NCBI RefSeq assembly: GCF_964355755.1
Contig: NC_092670.1
Location: forward strand, 37,808,388 to 37,872,387
DNA from: Antedon mediterranea
Lineage: Eukaryota > Animalia > Echinodermata
Direction: 5' to 3'
DNA length: 64,000 nucleotides
In this document: piece after piece, positions 40,301 through 52,300 of the stretch
Numbering within the stretch: position 1 is the stretch's first letter
Layout: each line of letters opens with the position of its first letter
Notes under the pieces: model-generated
The model's database searches: none
Seen by the model: the letters and a program-made list of their open reading frames with translations, nothing else
What the model was told of the DNA's origin: nothing
Made by a program: the position numbers and the translations under genes

Positions 40301-43300
40301 AAAATTACTACTTCTGCTGAAATTACAACCGTACTAGTAACTGAACCTCCTACCACTTTGCAAACCACTAGATTGATGACGATCGAAGGTATTTCATTTT
40401 CATTTATCGATCCCTTCCGTGATGGGTGGATCTGGGCAGTGTAGTGCTAACAATTATAATATTTATAGTCTGGCCAAAATAATATAAGTATACTAATAAT
40501 GGCAATTTGCATAGAGCCAGTATCCTCCACCCGAATAGAGCTCAGGGCTTTTTTAACTTTTAAAAACATCAGCATATAGTGATATTTTCCTTTGTAATGT
40601 CTTATATGAAATAATAATAAAAAATAGTGATATTTCAGATTAATCTTAAATGGAGCATTTAACTGTTGCGGTAAGCTATAGCCATACAGTTGCAGACCTG
40701 CAACATAGAATTATCTCAGACCCCACTGGCCCTACGCTCTTGAAACAGGTTCTGTGACAATGATCTTCTAATATAAAATATCCCCCAAACTTATTTTTTT
40801 TGTTTGTTGTGTCTTATACCCTTTTCACATCTGCATAAATTTGTACAACTTGTTACAACTTGTAACAAGGTTTGATCTCCTGATTTATTACACGTTTTCA
40901 TACATGCATATGCGAAGCCTGAGAAATCTTGGTAGAAAGCCTAGTTGCATGTTATTTAATTACTACGATAGGTCAGTTTAATACCAGGGCAATACACGTG
41001 GAACATCTCAGAACAAAAACACGCTTCTCATCAATGTGTCTCGGGAGATTTTCATAAAATAGTACTTACACTATGCAAACCTAGTTACAACTTGTTACAA
41101 GTAGTTACATTTTGCAGATGTGAAAAGGGTATAACAGTTATATATGATTTGTGAATTGCACTAAAGCATTGATGTAATGGTTATATATCCAGCCTTTCAC
41201 AGTAGATATCCTTGGTTTAATTCCTGCTTAGGATCTTTATTTTTTCATCATCATTATTTTTTAAAATATTTAATCATTATTTTTTTTTAATTAATAATAT
41301 TAATATTTTTTTTACTATGAACCTAAGTTCAACAAATGGATACTTACCTGTAATAAGTAAAATAATATAAAAAGTGGTCCAGAATTAGGATCCCGGTCCA
41401 GATTGCCTCAAAATTTAATGAAGTAGTCTGTGACCACATATCTGTGTTTTCAATTTAATGTTAAAGATCTGGCGATCCTGCAACTAACAAACACATAGGC
41501 GCAATCGACGACATAACCTCCTCCTTGTGCGGAGGTAAAAAAATACATATAAAATTAGTTGGTTAAATATGATAGATTACTTTATTTGATTTCAAAGTAC
41601 TGAAATGTTAATTAAATCTGGGACTTTTGACTTGGGCTTCATGGACTCTTTAGAAAACCCGGACTTTATGCCAAATAAATGAAATAATGTTCTTAAAATT
41701 ATTCTTGCACAACCTAAAAGCTAGCCAGATGCTAGATTGGCAACACAACTTGTGGAGGTCTGCAAATTCAGAAGAATTTACATTCCACCTTCCTGACATC
41801 CAATCAATTACCTATTTTAGAATGCCTCATGGAATTTTGCAAAATAAACAACTTCTAGTAATTATTATAATAAAATCTGAACTTTAAATATTATTTTAAG
41901 TTGGACTGTGTGTGTTTTCTTGATATTTTCTTCAACTCTCATAGGTTATTTAATTGTAAAAGGTTTTTTTTTTTTTACTGTAGATTAGGTATATTTAAGG
42001 GTTAGGTTCAGTTTGACATTTGTCTATCATCTGACAAATTCACGATTAAAAATTGTCTCCACTGCTAACACACATTATCTAATAAAATAAGATTTTAGTT
42101 TATATTTTTCTTATTAGCCAATCAAACTAATAAACTATTTTCTTTTCTTTACAGAATGTGATGATGAATTATCTAATATTGTTGGACTTTCAATAACTAG
42201 AACAACATCAGATAATTCTAATCCTAACAGCACGGAAATAGACAGCAGAGACATATGGTATCCGAATATTACTGTACAGCCCAAACCATATGTAGATGTT
42301 ACATTTGATAACACGGTATCCATAACATCCTTAACCATTCAGGGAGATGAAGGAAATTCTGTTACCAAACTTAAACTGTATCATAAAGAATCAGAAAGTG
42401 AAAGTTACATTATCATGAATAATGACTTTCATATTCCAAACCAAACTAATAATTCCCTTGTAGTAAAAATTCTTCTTCCTGAAGAACTTTCAGTTGTTGT
42501 CGCTCTAAGAGTGGAAATTGATTCTTATAATGTCGACAATCCAACAGTAAGATTTGGAATTTTTGGATGTCTGCCTGAAAGAACAACTACTATTGTTATA
42601 CCATCTATTGCAACAGGTACCCCATCAACACCAAGTACAATTGCAACAGGTACCACGACAACAACAAGTACAATTGCAACAGGTACCCCGTCAACACCAA
42701 GTTCAACTGCAACAGGTACTCCATCAACACCAAGTACAACTGCAACCGGTACCCCATCAACACCAACATCAACTCAAAAACACTCAATCTTCCCCCACTC
42801 CCGAGATCAACATGCATTATCTCCTTATTTTCAAAATACGGCTGTATCATAAACGACCAGTCTTCATAATGTCATTTTGTCAATAATTGTTGTGACTCTA
42901 ATATTAACCCCCATGGGTTACTATTAGAGTAGTGGGTTATTAGATTGACTTATAAGGTGGGTTACTATTAGAAGCGGGGTTACTATTAGAGTGAGGGTTA
43001 TTATTAGAAGATTTACGGTACTGTACTCTAATTGTAATTGTAGGAGGGATGTAATCTTTTTTAAGAATGAAAACAATTATACTTTTTCTTAATATTATTA
43101 TTGTTTATTATTAAAACAAGAAAAAAAGGAAACAAAACCAAAACATCTATTGAGAACATTTTTAAATTATTCGGCTATCCCAATAGATTCTCAAATCACA
43201 TCTCAAAAGTAAAACAAATTATCTTCCAAATGACCATAAATAGGACTTGTTCATGCTGTTGTTTCTTGAAGTAATGAAATAATTCCCCACAAAATTTAAA

Positions 43301-46300
43301 CAAATTATGTATTGCAAAATAACAGATGATACATTATACATACTGTACACATGTTGCAATGATAATATTCATGTAGTATAATAACATAACAATATATTTT
43401 TTGTGAAACTTTCACTTTTAATGACTTATTGTAATTTACAAGAGGACCAGTAAAATTACATTACTCCACTGCTTTAACTGGCCACAGAATATGGGCCAAT
43501 AGGGAGGCCTTCAACAACCAAAATAACTTTTTTTTTTTAAATGAGGTACAAAAAATCAATCTTTATTATATTAATATTTTGTAAAAGAATTTGTGAAGAG
43601 GTAAATTGGGTAAAATTATTGATATTTTATCATATTTTTCTGAAATTTTAACTGGCCAAGCAGACTTGTTATTTTACTATTTAACTGATCCATCATGCAT
43701 TTAACTTGCCATTGGCCGGCGGACACAAACGCTGCAAGTAATGACATTACAATTAGCCAATACAGTTGGGAGAGACAATAATACAATTCTGTTTTTATCT
43801 AGAGTGCAACAAAGACTTGGACGTCGTTGGACAAGGAACTAGGGTAACGTCCGACTTTTCAAATCCAGAAAACACAAAGTTATACAGTGAGGGCTGGATC
43901 CCAAACTATATTCCAGAACAACCTAGACCGTATGTTGAATTCTATTTCAACTGCACTGTAGAGGTGTTTGTTATTGGTATCCAGGGAGTAGATAACATGT
44001 ATGTTACCGAGCTAAAATTGTACTATAAAACAGTGGACTCTGACACTATAGTAGAGTGGAATCAATTAATAGAGGTATCTGGGCAAGATAACCATTCAGT
44101 TGTGACTATCATTCAACTGCCGCACGATTTTCCAGATGTCGTGTATCTAAAAGCTGAAATCATTAAGTTTCATATTCAGCCTGCTTTACGAATTGCTTTC
44201 TATGGATGTGTGGTCAAAGCTACGACGACCCAAGCACCTCAAACTACAACTAGAATTACTACTTCTGCTGAAATTACAACCGTACTAGTAACTGAACCTC
44301 CTACCACTTTGCAAACCACTAGATTGACGACGATCGAAGGTATTTCATTTTCATTTATCGATCCCTTCCGTGATGGGTGGATCTGGGCAGTGTAGTGCTA
44401 ACAATTATAATATTTATAGTCTGGCCAAAATAATATAAGTATACTAATAATGACAATTTGCATAGAGCCAGTATCCTCCACCCGAATAGAGCTCAGGGCT
44501 TTTTTAACTTTTAAAAACATCAGCATATAGTGATACTGTATTTTCCTTTGTAATGTCTTATATGAAATAATAATAAAAAATAGTGATATTTCAGATTCAT
44601 CTTAAATGGATCATTTAACTGTTGCTGGTAAGCTATAGCCATACACTTGCAGACCTGCAACATAGAATTATCTCAGACCCCACTGGCCCTACGCTCTTGA
44701 AACAGGTTCTGTGACAATGATCGTAGGCTTCTACGAGTAGTTTATAATGCAGTACACAATCTCATTGTAGCTGCTAAAAGGGAGATCACGCAAACCTGGT
44801 TTGGCCCTTGTATGACATTTACAATTTTAACACTATTAAATATTGTATATAGAGAAGCATCTGTTAACAATTGACCATATTACTCAACACTTCTATTCAA
44901 TAATTTCTTTAACAAAATAAATTATGCATATCTTTTGTGGTTTGATACAAAATTGTAGTATTTAGTAGAAATTAAGAACAGAACATTAGCTTGCTCAGCA
45001 TTTACATTGTTCATAAATTACTGAAAAAAATGTATTGGATACCTCTTCTAATATAAAATATCCCCCAAACTTTTTTTTTTTTTTTTTTTGTGTCTTATAC
45101 CCTTTTCACATCTGCATAAATTTTTACTACTTGTTACAACTTGTAACAAGGTTTGATCTCATTTATTACACGTTTTCATACATGCATATGCGAAGCCTGA
45201 GAAATCTTGGTAGAAAGCCTAGTTGCATGTTATTTAATTACTACGATAGGTCAGTTTAATACCAGGGCAATACACGCGGAACATCTCAGAACAAAAACAC
45301 GCTTCTCATCAATGTGTCTCGGGAGATTTTCATAAAATAGTACTTACACTATGCAAACCTAGTTACAACTTGTTACAAGTAGTTACATTTTGCAGATGTG
45401 AAAAGGGTATAACAGTTATATATGATTTGTGAATTGCACTAAAGCATTGATGTAATGGTTATATATCCAGCCTTTCACAGTAGATATCCTTGGTTTAATT
45501 CCTGCTTAGGATCTTTATTTTTTCATCATCATTATTTTTTAAAATATTTAATCATTATTATTTTTTTTAAATTAATAATATTAATATTTTTTTTACTATG
45601 AACCTAAGTTCAACAAATGGATACTTACCTGTAATAAGTAAAATAATATAAAAAGTGGTCCAGAATTGGGATCCCGGTCCAGTATGCCTCAAAATTTAAT
45701 GAAGTAGTCCGTGACCACATATCTGTGTTTCCAATTTAATGTTAAAGATCTGGCGATCCTGCAACTAACAAACACATGGCGCAATCGACGACATAACCTC
45801 CTCCTTGTTCGGAGGTAAAAAAATACATATAAAACTAGATTTAATTCGTCACTATGACGAATTATAGGTTATATGCATTGATTTAAATAAAGATAATTGA
45901 TTTTTAAAAGATATATTGATTGATTGATTTTCTCAGAATCTAAGTTAATTATTTATAATATATGATAGGACCTTGCTAACGCGACCACCATAGCCGGTAT
46001 CACAATCCGATCAAAGATCCATATGCGTATAATGTCATAAACCACATTTGTTGTTACATAATAATAAAGACATAAGTTAATTTTTATCTAGATTTCATTA
46101 TAAATCATGTGTATAATCTATACACTAAGAAATAAATTTGAACAAACAATACGGATAATAAAAAAAAAATCTTATTTCGTTTCACAAGGTGAGACTCGAT
46201 CTCGGTACCTTGAATGCCATAGACACGAGCACAGACCATCGAGCCATACACAACTAAAAGTTGTAGAAAAATTTCTCCGTGTATTTACTATGCAGTAACC

Positions 46301-49300
46301 AGTTTGGTGCAAATAGATTATTACATACCGCAATGAATTATAATTTTTTACTATGATGACATCTTTAAAATGTAAACAAATGATGCACTGTCAAACTATA
46401 TACTTTTAACTTTAATATATGAACTTTGGAAGGAAGAAAGTTAATGTTAAGTTTGTTATTTTGGCCTAAGAAAATGTCATAATTTGTTTGATTGTCGAAA
46501 TTATTTTTTTAAAATTTAATATGCAATTAATGATGACTTAATCAACTTTTGTTCTCTTAATTTGATAATAAATCATACATATGATACATACACTTGAAGA
46601 AAATGAAATAAAAAATAGGTGTTTCCCTGCATTCTGACGATATATATTAATTTAAAAATTTAGCATATTTTCACCATTTTGTTAACTTATACGTGCGTAG
46701 CCAGTCACTTTTGACGTGCTCGTATAACGCAATTTCGAGTTGAAACGTGAATCAAATATGATGATATTATTAAAGAAAGATTGTAAAACAGAAATCGGGC
46801 AAAAAGAATGCGCATCAACGTTTAACGCGTAGTGCGCGTGCAAAAATCGGTGCGCACTCATGGCAATTTTTTAAACGCTTAAAATTGCCTGAAACGTACT
46901 CTAATTTCATCGAAAATAAATTTTGACAATTTTGAACATTTTAAGCGCGCGTACGCAAGCGTTATATGCGCTACGCACGTAATTGTATTGCCATATGATG
47001 AAATATGACCTGAAATTTATGAGTACCAAATTTTATTTAATTGTGATTCATGCTTGTGAAGATATGATTACAAACGTGATTTCGTAAAATCGCGCGTAGA
47101 CCGCGTAATTTTTGATTGCGCATCGTGAAAATATAACCACATCGATTCCTGGCCATAAGGAATATACTCTGAAAACTTGACTTAGCTAGATGAAACGGAT
47201 GCCAAGATAATTCACGGACAAAATAGTGCTAAGGAATTAAGAATAAATAAATAAATAAATAAAGATTTTGACAGAATCAAGAGGTTATATGCATGATAAT
47301 GCATATAACCTAATTAGTTGGTTAAATATGATAGATTACTTTATTTGATTTCAAAGTACTGAAATGTTAATTAAATCTGGGACTTTTGACTTGGGCTTCA
47401 TGGACTCTTTAGAAAACCCGGACTTTATGCCAAATAAATGAAATAATGTTCTTAAAATTATTCTTGCACAACCTAAAAGCTAGCCAGATGCTAGATTGGC
47501 AACACAACTTGTGGAGGTCTGCAAATTCAGAAGAATTTACGTTCCACGTTCCTGACATCCAATCAATTACCTATTTTAGAATGCCTCATGGAATTTTGCA
47601 AAATAAACAACTTCTAGTAATTATTATAATAAAATCTGAACTTTAAATATTATTTTAAGTTGGACTGTGTGTGTTTTCTTGATATTTTCTTCAAATCTCA
47701 TAGGTTATTTAATTGTAAAAGGTTTTTTTTTTTTTACTGTAGATTAGGTATATTTAAGGGTTAGGTTCAGTTTGACATTTGTCTATCATCTGACAAATTC
47801 ACGATTAAAAATTGTCTCCACTGCTAACACACATTATCTAATAAAATAAGATTTTAGTTTATATTTTTCTTATTAGCCAATCAAACTAATAAACTATTTT
47901 CTTTTCTTTACAGAATGTGATGATGAATTATCTAATATTGTTGGACTTTCAATAACTAGAACAACATCAGATAATTCTAATCCTAACAGCACGGAAATAG
48001 ACAGCAGAGACATATGGTATCCGAATATTACTGTACAGCCCAAACCATATGTAGATGTTACATTTGATAACACGGTATCCATAACATCCTTAACCATTCA
48101 GGGAGATGAAGGAAATTCTGTTACCAAACTTAAACTGTATCATAAAGAATCAGAAAGTGAAAGTTACATTATCATGAATAATGACTTTCAGATTCCAAAC
48201 CAAACTAATAATTCCCTTGTAGTAAAAATTCTTCTTCCTGAAGAACTTTCAGTTGTTGTCGCTCTAAGAGTGGAAATTGATTCTTATAATGTCGACAATC
48301 CAACAGTAAGATTTGGAATTTTTGGATGTCTGCCTGAAAGAACAACTACTATTGTTATACCATCTATTGCAACAGGTACCCCGTCAACACCAAGTACAAT
48401 TGCAACAGGTACCACGACAACAACAAGTACAATTGCAACAGGTACCCCGTCAACACCAAGTTCAATTGCAACAGGTACTCCATCAACACCAAGTACAACT
48501 GCAACCGGTACCCCATCAACACCAACATCAACTCAAAAACACTCAATCTTCCCCCACTCCCGAGATCAACATGCATTATCTCCTTATTTTCAAAATACGG
48601 CTGTATCATGTCTTCATAATGTCATTTTGTCAATAATTTTTGTGACTCTAATATTAACCCCCATGGGTTACTATTAGTGTAGTCGGTTATTAGATTGACT
48701 TATAAGGTGGGTTACTATTAGAAGCGGGGTTACTATTAGAGTGAGGGTTATTATTAGAAGATTTACGGTACTGTACTCTAATTGTAATTGTAGGAGGGAT
48801 GTAATCTTTTTTAAGAATGAAAACAAGAAAAAAAGGAAACAAAACCAAAACATCTATTGAGAACATTTTTAAATTATTTTGCTATCCCAATAGATTCTCA
48901 AATCACATCTCAAAAGTAAAACAAATTATCTTCCAAATGACCATCAATAGGACTTGTTCATGCTGTTGTTTCTTGAAGTAATGAAATAATTCCCCACAAA
49001 ATTTAAACAAATTATGTATTGCAAAATAACACATGATACATAATACATACTGTACACATGTTGCAATGATAATATTCATGTAGTATAATAACATAACAAT
49101 ATATTTTTTGTGAAACTTTCACTTTTAATGACTTATTGTAATTTACAAGAGGACCAGTAAAATTACATTACTCCACTGCTTTAACTGGCCACAGAATATG
49201 GGCCAATAGGGAGGCCTTCAACAACCAAAATAACTTTTTAAAAAAAAATGAGGTACAAAAAATCAATCTTTATTATATTAATATTTTGTAAAAGAATTTG

Positions 49301-52300
49301 TGAAGAGGTAAATTGGGTAAAATTATTGATATTTTATCATATTTTTCTGAAATTTTAACTGGCCAAGCAGACTTGTTATTTTACTATTTAACTGATCCAT
49401 CATGCATTTAACTTGCCATTGGCCGGCGGACACAAACGCTGCAAGTAATGACATTACAATTAGCCAATACAGTTGGGAGAGACAATAATACAATTCTGTT
49501 TTTATCTAGAGTGCAACAAAGACTTGGACGTCGTTGGACAAGGAACTAGGGTAACGTCCGACTTTTCAAATCCAGAAAACACAAAGTTATACAGTGAGGG
49601 CTGGATCCCAAACTATATTCCAGAACAACCTAGACCGTATGTTGAATTCTATTTCAACTGCACTGTAGAGGTGTTTGTTATTGGTATCCAGGGAGTAGAT
49701 AACATGTATGTTACCGAGCTAAAATTGTACTATAAAACAGTGGACTCTGACACTATAGTAGAGTGGAATCAATTAATAGAGGTATCTGGGCAAGATAACC
49801 ATTCAGTTGTGACTATCATTCAACTGCCGCACGATTTTCCAGATGTCGTGTATCTAAAAGCTGAAATCATTAAGTTTCATATTCAGCCTGCTTTACGAAT
49901 TGCTTTCTATGGATGTGTGGTCAAAGCTACGACGACCCAAGCACCTCAAACTACAACTAGAATTACTACTTCTGCTGAAATTACAACCGTACTAGTAACT
50001 GAACCTCCTACCACTTTGCAAACCACTAGATTGACGACGATCGAAGGTATTTCATTTTCATTTATCGATCCCTTCCGTGATGGGTGGATCTGGGCAGTGT
50101 AGTGCTAACAATTATAATATTTATAGTCTGGCCAAAATAATATAAGTATACTAATAATGACAATTTGCATAGAGCCAGTATCCTCCACCCGAATAGAGCT
50201 CAGGGCTTTTTTAACTTTTAAAAACATCAGCATATAGTGATACTGTATTTTCCTTTGTAATGTCTTATATGAAATAATAATAAAAAATAGTGATATTTCA
50301 GATTCATCTTAAATGGATCATTTAACTGTTGCTGGTAAGCTATAGCCATACACTTGCAGACCTGCAACATAGAATTATCTCAGACCCCACTGGCCCTACG
50401 CTCTTGAAACAGGTTCTGTGACAATGATCGTAGGCTTCTACGAGTAGTTTATAATGCAGTACACAATCTCATTGTAGCTGCTAAAAGGGAGATCACGCAA
50501 ACCTGGTTTGGCCCTTGTATGACATTTACAATTTTAACACTATTAAATATTGTATATAGAGAAGCATCTGTTAACAATTGACCATATTACTCAACACTTC
50601 TATTCAATAATTTCTTTAACAAAATAAATTATGCATATCTTTTGTGGTTTGATACAAAATTGTAGTATTTAGTAGAAATTAAGAACAGAACATTAGCTTG
50701 CTCAGCATTTGCATTGTTCATAAATTACTGAAAAAAATCTATTGGATACCTCTTCTAATATAAAATATCCCCCAAACTTATTTTTTTTTTTTTTTGTGTC
50801 TTATACCCTTTTCACATAAATGCATAAATTTGTACAACTTGTTACAACTTGTAACAAGGTTTGATCTCCTGATTTATTACACGTTTTCATACATGCATAT
50901 GCGAAGCCTGAGAAATCTTGGTAGAAAGCCTAGTTGCATGTTATTTAATTACTACGATAGGTCAGTTTAATACCAGGGCAATACACGCGGAACATCTCAG
51001 AACAAAAACACGCTTCTCATCAATGTGTCTCGGGAGATTTTCATAAAATAGTACTTACACTATGCAAACCTAGTTACAACTTGTTACAAGTAGTTACAAT
51101 TTGCAGATGTGAAAAGGGTATAACAGTTATATATGATTTGTGAATTGCACTAAAGCATTGATTGATGTAATGGTTATATATCCAGCCTTTCACAGTAGAT
51201 ATCCTTGGTTTAATTCCTGCTTAGGATCTTTATTTTTTCATCATCATTATTTTTTAAAATATTTAATCATTATCATTTTTTTTTTAATTAATAATATTAA
51301 TATTTTTTTTACTATGAACCTAAGTTCAACAAATGGATACTTACCTGTAATAAGTAAAATAATATAAAAAGTGGTCCAGAATTGGGATCCCGGTCCAGAT
51401 TGCCTCAAAATTTAATGAAGTAGTCTGTGACCACATATCTGTGTTTTCAATTTAATGTTAAAGATCTGGCGATCCTGCAACTACCAAACACATAGGCGCA
51501 ATCGACGACATAACCTCCTCCTTGTGCGGAGGTAAAAAAATACATATAAAATTAGTTGGTTAAATATGATAGATTACTTTATTTGATTTCAAAGTACTGA
51601 AATGTTAATTAAATCTGGGACTTTTGACTTGGGCTTCATGGACTCTTTAGAAAACCCGGACTTTATGCCAAATAAATGAAATAATGTTCTTAAAATTATT
51701 CTTGCACAACCTAAAAAGAGCTAGCCAGATGCTAGATTGGCAACACAACTTGTGGAGGTCTGCAAATTCAGAAGAATTTACGTTCCAGACATCCAATCAA
51801 TTATCTATTTTAGAATGCCTCATGGAATTTTGCAAAATAAACAACTTCTAGTAATTATTATAATAAAATCTGAACTTTAAATATTATTTTAAATTGGACT
51901 GTGTTTGTTTTCTTGATATTTTCTTCAACTCTCATAGGTTATTTAATTGTAAAAGGTTTTTTTTTACTGTAGATTAGGTATATTTAAGGGTTATGTTCAG
52001 TTTGACATTTGTCTATCATCTGACAAATTCAGGATTAAAAATTGTCTCCACTGCTAACACACCTTATCTAATAAAATAAGATTTTAGTTTATATTTTTCT
52101 TATCTACAGAAAATACAGCCACTTGTAGCCAATCACACTAATAAACTATTTTCTTTTCTTTACAGAATGTGATGATGAATTATCTAATATTGTTGGACTT
52201 TCAATAACTAGAACAACATCAGATAATTCTAATCCTAACAGCACGGAAATAGACAGCAGAGACATATGGTATCCGAATATTACTGTACAGCCCAAACCAT

